Assembly (NCBI GenBank): GCA_963745235.1
Contig: CAVUXE010000011.1
Location: 32,001 to 96,000 of the forward strand
Reading direction: 5' to 3'
DNA from: an uncultured Spirochaetota bacterium
GTDB lineage: Bacteria; Spirochaetota; Spirochaetia; SZUA-6; Fen-1364
Length of the DNA: 64,000 nucleotides
The position numbers and the translations under genes are program-made. Below, piece by piece: positions 53,748 to 64,000 of the stretch. Numbering within the stretch: the first letter of the stretch is position 1; every line of letters starts with the position of its first letter. Below the pieces are notes generated by a model that saw only the letters and a list, made by a program, of their open reading frames with translations, was not told the DNA's origin and did no database searches.

Positions 53748-54812
53748 ATGAAATTGAAGAGGAAATTGTTTTTGATTGTCGCGATCGTGGCGATTTCTTT
53801 GATTTTTTCTGCGAGTCTTTTCGCAGGAGGAGCGAAGGAAGCGGCGGGTCCGACGACACTCGCCATTTCCATCCGCACGCTTTCAAACCCCTACATGCTC
53901 GGCTACAAGTCGGGCGCAGAGGCATTCAGCGTGAAAGCCGGTTCGCCCCTTGACGTTCTAACATCGGAGGGGAACAGCCAGAAGGCCATCACGGACATTA
54001 AGGCGGAAGTGGCGAAGACCGGCGGCAACGTCGTGTTGTTCATCGACCCGAACCAGGAAACAGACGACGTAGCAATTGCCCAGATCCTTGACCAGGCTGG
54101 TGTCTACTTCGTCACGTGGTGGAACAAGCCAGCAGACGTGAAGGTCTGGAACTACAAGCACTGGGTCGCCCATATCTCCTTTGACGGCGTGGCTGCAGGG
54201 CATTTCACCGCGACGGAGCTTTTCAAGACGTTCAAGACGCCCAACGAAGGCAAGGTGTTCGCAATCCAGGGTTTGCTTGCTAATACGCCTGCGGAGGAGC
54301 GTTTCCAAGGCCTCCAAAAAGCCATTGCCGAGAACCCAGGAGTGCAGCTTGTGCAGTGGGTGGCGGGCGACTGGGATAGGACAAAGGCCTACGGCCAGAC
54401 TCGCGAGATGCTGATCGCTCACCCGGACATCGACGGCGTGTGGTGCGCCAACGATGACATGGCCATGGGCGCTCTCCAGGCGCTGAAGGAAGCAGGCCTG
54501 GCAGGGAAAGTCAAAGTAACTGGATCGGATGGTATCCCTGAGATGTGGGATGCAATCAAAGCGGGAACGGCAGCCGCGACAGTCCTGAACGATGGGAAGT
54601 ACCAGGCCACCCTCGGTCTTGCGATGTCTCTCGCGGCCAAGCAGGGCAAGCTGGACGTCGCTTCCCAGCCCCAGAAGTACCGCCAGTTCGAAATCCCAGC
54701 GGTGAACGTAAATAAGGACAACGTGGATCAGATCGTCCATGACTACGTCGATAACACGCCCAATTACGATCTGAGCAATTTCTTTGCCCGCTGGTCGGTG
54801 GCTATTCCCTAG
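53748..54812 (+). CDS. Sugar ABC substrate-binding protein A
   Basis: Signal peptide FAGGAKE, RTLSNPY, ANDDMAMGA. Confidence 0.92.
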   Translation: MKLKRKLFLIVAIVAISLIFSASLFAGGAKEAAGPTTLAISIRTLSNPYMLGYKSGAEAFSVKAGSPLDVLTSEGNSQKAITDIKAEVAKTGGNVVLFIDPNQETDDVAIAQILDQAGVYFVTWWNKPADVKVWNYKHWVAHISFDGVAAGHFTATELFKTFKTPNEGKVFAIQGLLANTPAEERFQGLQKAIAENPGVQLVQWVAGDWDRTKAYGQTREMLIAHPDIDGVWCANDDMAMGALQALKEAGLAGKVKVTGSDGIPEMWDAIKAGTAAATVLNDGKYQATLGLAMSLAAKQGKLDVASQPQKYRQFEIPAVNVNKDNVDQIVHDYVDNTPNYDLSNFFARWSVAIP

Positions 54813-54944
54813 CCGAGAAGGGCAAGGGCCAGCAAGCGCGGAGATGCGCGCGTAAGCAAGCCCGTAGACAGCGAAGGCTGTTTCGGGAAAAAAGGGGCCC
54901 ACTCGTAGGGCGGGCCCTGCATTTCACCTAAGGAGGCTACTGAG

Positions 54945-55979
54945 ATGAGAAAGAGTCTTATACTGACGTGCCTAGGGGTGCTTCTCTTGGTGATCGCCGT
55001 GGGCGCCTTTGCGGCCCCGACGACCCTCGCGATTTCCATCCGTACCCTTTCCAGCCCCTACCAGGTGATGTACAAAAACGGCGCCGAGGCGTACGCGAAG
55101 ATCGTCGGACTGCCCCTTGATGTGCTCACCACAGAGGCCAACAGCGAGAAAGGGCTCACGGACATAAAGGCGGAGATCGCGCGCACGGGCGGAAACGTGG
55201 CGTTCTACGTCGACCCCAACGATGCTTCGGATGCGGTCTCCATTGCCAAGACTATGGAGGCGGCCGGAGTATACTGGGTGTCCTGGTGGAGCAAGCCGGC
55301 GGACGTGAAGGTCTGGAACTACCCGCACTGGATTTGCCATGTCACCTTCGACGGGTTTCCCGCGGCAGTGTTCACTGCCAATGAGCTCCTAAAGACCTTT
55401 AAGACTCCGGGGCATGGAAAGATCATTGCTCTCCAAGGTAGACTGGGCGACACGCCCAACGCCGAGCGGTGGCAGGGACTGCAGAAAGTTCTCGCTGACA
55501 ACCCCGGCGTGCAGCTTCTGGAGTGGGAATCTGCGGAATGGGACAGGACGAAGGCGTACAACGACACACGGGCCATGCTCGTCGCCAACCCGGACGTAGA
55601 TGGGGTGTGGACGGCCAACGATGACATGGCCTTAGGGGCAATCCAGGCGTTGAAGGAAGCCGGCCTCGCGGGTAAGGTCAAGGTGGTAGGGTGCGACGGT
55701 GAGCCCGAGATGTTTGATGCTATCAAGGCCGGGCTTGCTGCGGCCACGGTGCTCAATGACGGCAACTACCAAGCGGAGCTCGGGCTGGCGATGTCTCTTG
55801 CGGCAAAACAGGGAAAACTCAACGTCGCCTCTCTGCCGCATAAGTACCGCCAATTTGAGATTCCTGCAGTGAACGTGAACGCCGCAAACGCCGACCAGGT
55901 GAAGCACGACTATATTGACAACATCCCAACGTACGACCTGAGCAATTTCTTCGCCCGATGGTCCCGGGCGCTGGAATAG
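54945..55979 (+). CDS. Sugar ABC substrate-binding protein B (tandem paralog)
   Basis: Long identical blocks shared with protein A. Confidence 0.92.
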   Translation: MRKSLILTCLGVLLLVIAVGAFAAPTTLAISIRTLSSPYQVMYKNGAEAYAKIVGLPLDVLTTEANSEKGLTDIKAEIARTGGNVAFYVDPNDASDAVSIAKTMEAAGVYWVSWWSKPADVKVWNYPHWICHVTFDGFPAAVFTANELLKTFKTPGHGKIIALQGRLGDTPNAERWQGLQKVLADNPGVQLLEWESAEWDRTKAYNDTRAMLVANPDVDGVWTANDDMALGAIQALKEAGLAGKVKVVGCDGEPEMFDAIKAGLAAATVLNDGNYQAELGLAMSLAAKQGKLNVASLPHKYRQFEIPAVNVNAANADQVKHDYIDNIPTYDLSNFFARWSRALE

Positions 55980-56057
55980 GCCAAAAAAGTGGGTCACCGC
56001 GCAGGCACAGACTGTGGTTGCGCGGCGACCTTTAATTCTCCAGAGATGGGAGGGTAT

Positions 56058-57095
56058 GTGAGCGAGACGCGGGAAAACGTCAAGAGGGGACAGGTTACAC
56101 ACGCACGCAGAGGTTTGTCCGCTTCACTCGGAGCGGCGGGTCGCTGGTTCCGACGGGCCGGAGTTTCAGGGCAGCTTCTCACTCTTTTGATCGTAGGGGC
56201 CATCTTCGCCATTGGCACGAAGGGCAGGTTTCTCAGCCTAGTCAACCTCCAGGTCATCCTGAGCCTTGCGGCGATTCCTGCTATCATCGCCGTCGGCCTC
56301 CACCAGGTGGTCGTGCTCGGCGGCATCGACCTCTCGGTGGAGGGAGTGGTTGCGTTGTGCGTGGTATTCGTCGGCCTGCTGCTGCGCAACAAGTTCAATA
56401 CGAACGACGTGGGCTTCTGGATCGTCCCGATTGTCATCGGTATTGGCGGAATGGCGGGATTCGTCAGCGGCTTGTTCAACACGCGGTTAAAGATCCCTTC
56501 ATTCATTGCCACTCTGGGGATGAGTTGGATACTCTGGGGTCTCGCCGTGTACATCAGCCGCGGACAGACAGTGGCTCTGCTGGACACCCGCTTCGAAGTG
56601 GTCGTCACCGGAAATGTCTTCGGCATACCCATCCTCGCAATCATTGCCCTGATCATTGTGGTCGTCCTGCAGCTCGTGCAGAATGGCACGCGATTCGGCC
56701 GCTACCTCTATGCGATTGGCGGGGACGAAACATTAGCCCGCCAGGCCGGGGTGAAAGTGGAGAGAATCAAGATGATTGTCTTCACCCTTGCCGGCCTTTT
56801 CTATGGCCTTTCCGCCTTCTTCCTATCAACGAGGCTCGGCGGCTCGCAAGCAATCACTGGCAACAACCTCTTGTTTCCGGCGGTGACCGCCGTCGCCGTG
56901 GGTGGGGTCGCGCTCACGGGTGGCATCGGGGGGGCCAAGAACGCCGCTTTGGGGGCTCTAATTGTAACAGCCCTGAACGATGGTCTCATCTTGATGCACG
57001 TAAATCCGTACGCGCAGGACGCGGTGAACGGGGCGGTGCTTGTCGCCGCGGTGGCTCTTACAATCGACCGCAGAAAGCTGGGATTCATAAAATGA
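56058..57095 (+). CDS. Sugar ABC permease
   Basis: GGIDLSV, IPSFIATLG, FGRYLYAIGG. Confidence 0.9.
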   Translation: MSETRENVKRGQVTHARRGLSASLGAAGRWFRRAGVSGQLLTLLIVGAIFAIGTKGRFLSLVNLQVILSLAAIPAIIAVGLHQVVVLGGIDLSVEGVVALCVVFVGLLLRNKFNTNDVGFWIVPIVIGIGGMAGFVSGLFNTRLKIPSFIATLGMSWILWGLAVYISRGQTVALLDTRFEVVVTGNVFGIPILAIIALIIVVVLQLVQNGTRFGRYLYAIGGDETLARQAGVKVERIKMIVFTLAGLFYGLSAFFLSTRLGGSQAITGNNLLFPAVTAVAVGGVALTGGIGGAKNAALGALIVTALNDGLILMHVNPYAQDAVNGAVLVAAVALTIDRRKLGFIK

Positions 57096-58614
57096 GCAGT
57101 GAGGCAGTGATCACTCTGCGCGGTATCAACAAGTCCTATCCAGGAGTCGTGGCCCTGGACGGGGTCGACTTCTCGGTCCATGAGAAGGAGATCGTCGGCC
57201 TGGTAGGAGAAAACGGTGCGGGGAAGTCCACGCTGATGAAAATTCTCATCGGGCTCGTGCAGCCGGACAAAGGCAGCATAACGCTTCGGGGCCGCCCTGT
57301 GACCCTGAAAGATCCCGCGGACGCCACGCACTATGGCATAGGAATGGTCTTCCAGGACGGGACCCTGGTCCCTAACCTCACGATCCGTGAGAACCTCTTT
57401 CTCTGCCATGAGATCGCGTTCCAGAAGACTAGGATTTCCTTCTCGCGCGCGCAATGCGTGACACTGCGCGCGAGCTGCTGGCGCGAGTCAAGGTTGAGGT
57501 GGATGCGGAGACTCCTGTTGCCGAGGTGACCCCTGCGGTGCGTCAGATGGTAGAGATCGCCCGGCTCTTATGGCTGTCCAGGCTCTACGGACAGGAAAAC
57601 CCCATACTGATCCTCGACGAGCCCACCACCGTGCTCACTGAGGAGGAGCGTGGTACCCTGTTCTCCATCCTCCAGAGCATCAAGCGCGAGGCTTCTATAA
57701 TCCTTATATCTCACCGCCTACAGGAGATCGTGGAAAACTCAGACAGAATAGTAATCCTCAAGGACGGGCGGAACGTTACTGAGATGCCCAAAGCGAGCGC
57801 GCGGATTGAAGACATCGAGCAGCAAATGGTCGGGCATACTTTCTCGGCGGATCGCTACCGTGAGGACGAGCAGCGGGACCCGGGCTCGACCTCGGTCCTG
57901 CTGGTGGAGAAACTCGCCCGCAAACGCGCATTCGAGCCGATCAGCTTCTCCGTCCGTGAGGGGGAGATCGTCAGCTTGGTTGGCCTTGTCGGCTCGGGAA
58001 AGGAGGAGATTTGCCGCTGCCTCAACGGTTTGGAGAAGGCCGATGCAGGAACTGTGGTACTTGGGGGCAAAAGGCTCTCCCCCGGCTCGCCCGGCGACGC
58101 GGTGGCCTCGGGTGAGGGCCACATTCCAATCGACCGCCGCAGCGAAGGTCTCGCACTCGGCATGACTGTGGCAGAGAACGTAAACCTCCTGGTTCTCAAT
58201 CGCCTCAAGAGCGCGGGCTTGATCAGCCCCGCTCAGGAAAAGAGCAACGCGCTGCGCTGGATCGAGGAATGCCGGATCAAGACACCGTCGGCCAGGACCC
58301 TGTGCGCAAATCTGAGCGGCGGCAACCAGCAGAAAACGGTCATCGCGAAATGGCTCAGCTCACGAGTGAAACTGCTCATCCTTGACCATCCGACGCGCGG
58401 TGTCGACGTGGGGGCCAAGGATGACATCTATAAGCTTATCCGCAGGCTCGCGCAGGATGGGATCGGTATGGTGATCATGTGCGACACGCTCGAAGAAGAC
58501 ATAGGGCTCTGCAACAGGATGCTGGTGATGAAGGACGGGCGGCTTGTTGGAGAGGTGCCATGCCCGCCACGGAAAAAGCCGAGTCCGCAAGACATTATCG
58601 GCCTCATTGTTTAA
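57092..58614 (+). CDS. Sugar ABC ATPase, frameshift(s) ~57430-57455
   Basis: GENGAGKST, LDEPT, LSGGNQQK, HPTRGVD. Confidence 0.88.
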
Positions 58615-58642
58615 AGCAACGGCAAATCGAAGGAGAGCGGGC

Positions 58643-59638
58643 ATGGATGCAGGGGGATCGAGGAGTGCAGCGGGGGCGCAGGAGCGCACGCGGGCCCTGG
58701 CGGGCCGAGTGCGGATCCCGGCAATCCTGTATGCGGTCGGGCTACTGGTTGTTTTATTGCTCATTTTTACGATAGGCAACGGGAACTTTCTTTCTCTCTA
58801 CAACCTGAACACGATCGCGAGTTACGCGGCAATTCTCCTCGTGGTCGGGCTGGGCCAGATGTGCACAATCCTCATCGGCGGGATCGACCTTTCCGTCGGA
58901 GGGCTGATGTCATTCATCTCCGTCCTGTTCGTGGTGTCAGTAAAAACCGTCGGGTTCTTAGCGTATCCGTTGTGCATCACTGTTGGAGTCGTCTTTGGCT
59001 ACCTGAATGGGAACCTGCTCACGCGGATCAGAATTCCCTCCTTCATTGCCACTCTGGGAACGGGGGGCATCATGACCAGCCTTGCGCTGCTCGTCTCCCC
59101 GCTTCCCGTGGACGCCCCGGCGGCGCGCTACAGTATGCTTGACATCGTCAACGGGTCCTTCCTGCACGTGGGCAATTTGCTGCTGCTCACGCTCCTCGTC
59201 TTCGCAGTGTTTTATGTACTGCTCAGGTTCACGGTAATAGGTAAGAGCATCTTCTACGTCGGGAGCAACATCACGATGTCGTGGATGTCTGGGATCGACA
59301 TCGTGAAGACGCGCAACTTTGCCTACATCCTCTCCGGCGTTGGTGCAGCCCTCGCGGCCATCTTTCTGTCCTGTGGGCAGTACGGTGGGGACCCGGCACT
59401 AGGAAAAGTCTACATATTGAACTCGATCGCGGCGGTGGTTGTCGGCGGCACCGCGCTCACGGGAGGCACTGGGGGGCCCATCAACACTCTCATTGGGGCA
59501 TTTGTGCTGAGCACGATGGAAAACGGGATGAACGTCGTTGGGGTGAACGCCTACTTTCAGCAGAGCATCCTCGGTGCTGTTATCGTGGCCAGTGTGTTCC
59601 TTACCTTTGATCGCAGCAAGGTGTCCACGGTGAAATAA
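58643..59638 (+). CDS. Sugar ABC permease
   Basis: GGIDLSVG, IPSFIATLG, AVVVGGT. Confidence 0.9.
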   Translation: MDAGGSRSAAGAQERTRALAGRVRIPAILYAVGLLVVLLLIFTIGNGNFLSLYNLNTIASYAAILLVVGLGQMCTILIGGIDLSVGGLMSFISVLFVVSVKTVGFLAYPLCITVGVVFGYLNGNLLTRIRIPSFIATLGTGGIMTSLALLVSPLPVDAPAARYSMLDIVNGSFLHVGNLLLLTLLVFAVFYVLLRFTVIGKSIFYVGSNITMSWMSGIDIVKTRNFAYILSGVGAALAAIFLSCGQYGGDPALGKVYILNSIAAVVVGGTALTGGTGGPINTLIGAFVLSTMENGMNVVGVNAYFQQSILGAVIVASVFLTFDRSKVSTVK

Positions 59639-59647
59639 TTCCACAGA

Positions 59648-60679
59648 ATGAAAGGAACACAATCTATGGCAGGCGGCATGAGAACGAGAGAGCTGGGAAA
59701 ATCAGGGATCCAGGCTTCCATCCTGGGCTTGGGGACATTTGCCATCGGTGGATGGTTCTGGGGCGGCACGGACGAGAAGAAATCCATCGAGGCGATCCAT
59801 GCGAGCCTCGAGCGGGGTGTGAACCTCATCGACACGGCCCCCATCTACGGGTTCGGTGTGGCCGAACAGATCGTTGGCAAGGCGGTCAAGGGCAGGCGCG
59901 ATAAGGTCATCATCGCAACCAAGGTCGGTATGCGATGGGACACCGACAAGGGACAGTTCGATGGATACGCTGACGACAAGTCCCCTTCAAAGGAGCCGGC
60001 GAAATACAAGATACACAAGTACCTGGGCCCGGACGGCATCCGCTACGAGGTGGAACAGAGCCTGAAGAGGCTCGGCACGGATTACATCGACCTGTACCAG
60101 ACACACTGGCAGGAGCCGACGACTCCGATAGAGATGACCATGGAGGCGCTTCTGAAGCTCAAACAGGAAGGAAAGATCCGGGCCATCGGAGTTTCCAATG
60201 TCTCAGTGGAGCAACTCAAGCGCTATGGCAACGTGGCATCTGCCCAGGAGAGGTTCACCCTCATTGACAGGAACATAGTGAAGAACGGGCTCTTGGACTA
60301 CTGCGTGAACAACTCCATCTCGATCCTTAGCTACTTCAGCATGGAGCAGGGGCTGCTGACAGGGGTTATGTCGCCGGATCGGCTCTTCAAGGAAGGGGAT
60401 ACTCGAAAGACGAACCCGCTTTTTTCTCCCGAGAGTATCCGGCGCGTCAACGCGGTGGTGACCGAGCTCCGCCCGTTCGCGGAGAAGTATCGGGCCACCG
60501 TTTCCCAGATTGTGATCGCACTCACCCTGGCGCAGCGAGGCATCACGCACATGCTTGTAGGCGCGCGCGATGCCGCACAGGCCAAGGAGAACGCCGGCGG
60601 CGGATGCATCGAACTCTCCCACGACGACTTGGCAGCCATGAATGTAATCGGCGACAAGCTGGCCGCTCTTCACACATAG
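59648..60679 (+). CDS. Aldo/keto reductase
   Basis: DTAPIYG, IATK, SLKRLGTDYIDLYQTHW, GKIRAIGVSN. Confidence 0.92.
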   Translation: MKGTQSMAGGMRTRELGKSGIQASILGLGTFAIGGWFWGGTDEKKSIEAIHASLERGVNLIDTAPIYGFGVAEQIVGKAVKGRRDKVIIATKVGMRWDTDKGQFDGYADDKSPSKEPAKYKIHKYLGPDGIRYEVEQSLKRLGTDYIDLYQTHWQEPTTPIEMTMEALLKLKQEGKIRAIGVSNVSVEQLKRYGNVASAQERFTLIDRNIVKNGLLDYCVNNSISILSYFSMEQGLLTGVMSPDRLFKEGDTRKTNPLFSPESIRRVNAVVTELRPFAEKYRATVSQIVIALTLAQRGITHMLVGARDAAQAKENAGGGCIELSHDDLAAMNVIGDKLAALHT

Positions 60680-60690
60680 GAGAAGCAGAC

Positions 60691-61728
60691 ATGCCAAGAC
60701 TCACGCAGCGAGTTTTCGGGAGAACCCGTGAGGGAGATGAAATCCTTCAACTAACCCTGGAAGAAGGCCAGGTGAGCGTCCAGCTCATCAGCTACGGAGC
60801 GACTCTTTCCTCCGTGCGGGTTCCCGACAGAAAGGGGTCCGTGGATGAGATCACGCTGGGCTTTGATTCGCTGGAAGGATATCTGAATCCCCATCCCTAT
60901 TTCGGTAGTACTCTCGGGCGAGTGGCGAATCGAATTGCGAGAGGCGTGTTCACAATCGACGGAAAAACCTACGCGCTATTCTGCAACGACGGCAAAAACC
61001 ATCTCCACGGAGGAAAGAAGGGGTTCAACAGGAACGTATGGTGCTCCGCGGGCTTTCAGCGCGACGGGATTGCGGGAGTAGTATTCTCGTATGCCAGCCC
61101 GGACGGTGAGGAGGGGTACCCGGGAAACCTCGATGCCCGCGTCAGCTATACCCTGAATGAGTCAGGAACGTTGGAAGTCACCTGGGAGGCCAGAACAGAT
61201 CGGCCCACAATTGTGAATCTTTCCAACCACGCTTACTGGAACCTGAAAGGTGCGGGAAACGGCAACATCAAAGATCACCTGGTTACCCTCTCTGCCGAGC
61301 GCTATCTCCCCTCTGATGCGGAACTCATTCCGACCGGGCAGCTCCGCGAGGTCGCGGGGACTCCGTACGATTTCCTCAAGGAAAAGAGTATCGGACAGGA
61401 TTTGGAAAAAGCCGGGGGCGGCTATGATTCGTGCTTCGTGCTGGGAAATCTCGTCGATGGCTGGCGCAAGGTCGGCATGGTCCGTGAGACTTCAACGGGC
61501 AGGGGCATGGAGGTGTTCGCTACCCAGCCAGGCGTGCATTTCTACTCGGGCCACATGATGACTCCGATGACTGGTCGCGGCGGAAAGCAATTCCCGGTAT
61601 ACGGGGCATTTGCCCTGGAGACCGAAGCCTTCCCCGACGCGGTCAACCAAAAGGGCTTCCCCAGCGTGATAGTGAGGCCGGGAGAAACCTACTCTGAAAA
61701 GATGAAGGTCAGGTTTTTCGCTGAATGA
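60691..61728 (+). CDS. galM: Aldose 1-epimerase (mutarotase)
   Basis: GRVANRI, HLHGG, GYPG, NHAYWNL, YD, ALET..PD. Confidence 0.92.
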   Translation: MPRLTQRVFGRTREGDEILQLTLEEGQVSVQLISYGATLSSVRVPDRKGSVDEITLGFDSLEGYLNPHPYFGSTLGRVANRIARGVFTIDGKTYALFCNDGKNHLHGGKKGFNRNVWCSAGFQRDGIAGVVFSYASPDGEEGYPGNLDARVSYTLNESGTLEVTWEARTDRPTIVNLSNHAYWNLKGAGNGNIKDHLVTLSAERYLPSDAELIPTGQLREVAGTPYDFLKEKSIGQDLEKAGGGYDSCFVLGNLVDGWRKVGMVRETSTGRGMEVFATQPGVHFYSGHMMTPMTGRGGKQFPVYGAFALETEAFPDAVNQKGFPSVIVRPGETYSEKMKVRFFAE

Positions 61729-61744
61729 CAAACAAGGAGCGCAC

Positions 61745-62151
61745 ATGTACGAGACTATGAATCTCTCCCACACTGATGCGCAGATAATGATCGCGAATGT
61801 TCAGAAAAAGTTGGAAACGGACAAGCTTGCTGCTGCGATCGCTGTAACGGATTCCCACGGCGAGTTGATAGCTTTCCTCAGAATGGACGGGTGTCACCTG
61901 CCGCGCTGTATATCGCCATGAACAAGGCATTCACGGCCGCGCGGGGGCGCAAGCCTTCAGGAGAGGTGGGCGCCTCGTCGCGCAGCGTGCCCTTTGCCAT
62001 GACGAACTACGGGGACCTGCGGTACACCGGCTGGGCAGGGGGCTTTCCCGTCCTGCACGACGGGAAAGTCGTGGGTGCGATCGGCATAAGCGGACTCGAC
62101 GAACAGCAGGAGACATCGCTGGCTCGCCTCGCGCTCACCGCGATTGCCTAA
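61745..62151 (+). CDS. GlcG/HbpS-family heme-binding protein, frameshift ~61895
   Basis: AIAV.D.HG.L.AF.RMDG, A.NKAFTA, GGFPV..GAIGISG. Confidence 0.8.
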
Positions 62152-62259
62152 AGCGGCCCCAACGCATGGATGTCGAAGGGCGCTGAGCACATCGGCGCTG
62201 CGCAGGCGTCCCAAAGGAACGACCCTGTCCTAGGGTCTACAAGCTGGCCATTTAAGGAG

Positions 62260-63279
62260 ATGAAAGTGGAACAACGGATGCAGCAGCCCAGGCTCTTTGC
62301 CCGGCTTCCCAATTACGCGGTCACACCCGACGGCATGGCCATCGATTCGGATGGCAATCTCATCCTCGCCTGCCCGAACTACGCGGACCCGTCACTGCCC
62401 GGCTGTCTTTTGAAGTTTGACAGGGACAGAAAGGTGAGCAAGTGGGTAGACGTGCCGGTGTCCCCCGAGACAGGGCATGCCTTTCCAATGGGTATCGCTT
62501 TCGGTCCTGACGGCGACCTATACATCTGCGACAACCAGGGCTGGTCGGACCCAAGCGTCCCGAATTGTCCCGGGTACGGCTTCAAGGGCCGCATCCTGCG
62601 CTTGAGGATCAGGGACAACAAGGTCGTAAAGACAACCGTCATCGCGCACGGCATGGAGCACCCTAATGGCATGCGCATCAACAGGGGCCATGTCTATGTC
62701 ACTCACAGTATGCTTACGCGGGTGAAGGACCCCTCAGGCCTCCTTGTAAGCTGCGTGTATCGTTTCCGTCTGGACGACCAGAACATCGCGATCACCAATA
62801 CTCTGGAGGATCCGAATATTTTCACCACGTTCATTACGCACAACAAGAACATCCAGTATGGCGCGGACGGAATCGAGTTCGACAAGTTCGGCAACTTGTA
62901 TGTGGGGAACTTCGGAGACGGAGCGGTGCACAAAATCACTTTCAAGGATGACGGCACGGCAAAGGACAATACCGTCTGGGCAAAGGACCCAGCTCAGCTG
63001 AAATCCACGGACGGAATGATCATCGATTCTGAGGGCAATATCTACATCGCGGACTTTTGCGCCAACGCAGTTGCCCGGGTCTCTCCCAGCGGGAAGGTCA
63101 CGCGCATAGCCCAAAGCTCTGACGCCGACGGCTCAAACGGCGAACTTAACCAGCCCGGGGAGCCGATCATCTGGCAGGGTCGACTCGTAGTGACCTGCTT
63201 CGATCTGGTGACAGGTCCCGAGATGGTGAACACGAAACACGAAATGCCGGCAACGCTCTCGGAGCTGACGCCGGGTTAG
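62260..63279 (+). CDS. SMP-30/gluconolactonase-like beta-propeller
   Basis: Repeated PDG/PMG/PNG/ADG/TDG..D..GNLY blade motifs. Confidence 0.75.
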   Translation: MKVEQRMQQPRLFARLPNYAVTPDGMAIDSDGNLILACPNYADPSLPGCLLKFDRDRKVSKWVDVPVSPETGHAFPMGIAFGPDGDLYICDNQGWSDPSVPNCPGYGFKGRILRLRIRDNKVVKTTVIAHGMEHPNGMRINRGHVYVTHSMLTRVKDPSGLLVSCVYRFRLDDQNIAITNTLEDPNIFTTFITHNKNIQYGADGIEFDKFGNLYVGNFGDGAVHKITFKDDGTAKDNTVWAKDPAQLKSTDGMIIDSEGNIYIADFCANAVARVSPSGKVTRIAQSSDADGSNGELNQPGEPIIWQGRLVVTCFDLVTGPEMVNTKHEMPATLSELTPG

Positions 63280-63875
63280 GGATAGCCGAAAGAACGCCGA
63301 GAGCAGAGGTTGTCCTGGAATATTGCGCGTTCGGAATTTTCAGGCGTTTAAGACCATGCCCATAGAGTCCACTCAGGAAAACGAAGTTGAAGGGCGAGCG
63401 ATGCAACTACCAGTATTCATTGCGGACGATATTTAGTTTTAGCGAAATGATGTTATGCCGTCACCAGCTTGATTCTCACCGTCCAGATTGCTAAGGGCTG
63501 CAGAGAGATGGGGCGGTCGCCTGCCACGTCATTGTGGGACTGCTCTTTTCGTTCGTGCCTATCCTCGTCTCCTCTAGTATGCAGAGTCGCGCCCGCCACC
63601 GGCAGGGTCTAGTGCTCGCAACGGCATGAAGGTTCAAGTCCTCTTCCGAGCAATCGGGAAATGCTTCTTTCATATGCCGACTGCATTCTCCTTGACGAAA
63701 GCAATACCTCAGAATGCTTGTTGAAGTCGTGAGTGGCAGCCTGCAAGACCCCAACGGAATCGTCGGCTGCCGGCTTGGTTATCAACCTCGATCGCTCCCT
63801 GAGGGGATTATTCGGGGGAGCTTATCGTAATTGGCATCAGCTCACGAAACGGAAAAACGCACGCTAAGGCTGCAG

Positions 63876-63916
63876 ACCCCTCCCCTCGCATGTTAGACAA
63901 TATGAGATTATATAAC
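63876..63916. repeat. 41-bp element, copy 2
   Basis: acccctcccctcgcatgttagacaatatgagattatataac; 35/41 identical to 9433-9473. Confidence 0.75.
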
Positions 63917-64000
63917 TATATGACTATAATTCCTTCTACTGCAATAAGTTGTAGGAAGCTACTTTTGATAGCGGCAACATGTCAGCCCGCCTGCGTTTTT

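Noticed and set aside
53958-54902. 314-aa minus-strand ORF and many similar antisense ORFs
   Set aside because: Shadow frames of well-supported genes in GC-rich DNA
56357-57529. 390-aa ORF as a novel fusion
   Set aside because: An off-frame stretch within the permease running into the real ATPase start at 57092
1-64000. tRNA, rRNA, prophage or defence systems
   Set aside because: No such signatures recognised

Overview
Accessory carbohydrate-catabolism island from a bacterium, probably a spirochaete (inferred from solute-binding protein N-termini such as FAGGQSE, FASGKGE and FAGGAKE). Five modules are separated by IS, RIT and pseudogene debris. (1) 1.3-9.2 kb: sugar ABC transporter, L-fucose-isomerase-like gene and D-psicose/D-tagatose 3-epimerase. 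(2) 13-18 kb, minus strand: a decayed operon (amidase remnant, RPE-family epimerase, IS-disrupted TIM-barrel epimerase, rhodanese, ROK kinase). (3) 18.5-36.7 kb: a long co-oriented cluster with a GntR gene, an atypical RuBisCO-like protein (form IV), two Zn-dehydrogenases, a TIM-barrel epimerase, FGGY kinase, class II aldolase, xylose-isomerase-like enzyme, ABC transporter, L-rhamnose isomerase, an M24-fold protein and a second isomerase/epimerase pair. (4) 37.9-49.7 kb, minus strand: nucleoside ABC transporter, two nucleoside hydrolases, ribokinase, M20 deacylase and DUF1355-like protein. (5) 52-63 kb: ROK regulator and ABC transporter with tandem binding proteins, aldo-keto reductase, GalM, GlcG-like protein and lactonase-like propeller, divergent from an L-sorbose-reductase-like remnant. 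The best candidate for an undescribed system is the RuBisCO-like-protein sugar pathway. Many single-base frameshifts may be sequencing errors. No tRNA, rRNA or CRISPR array was seen. All family calls come from motif recognition by eye; no database search was run.
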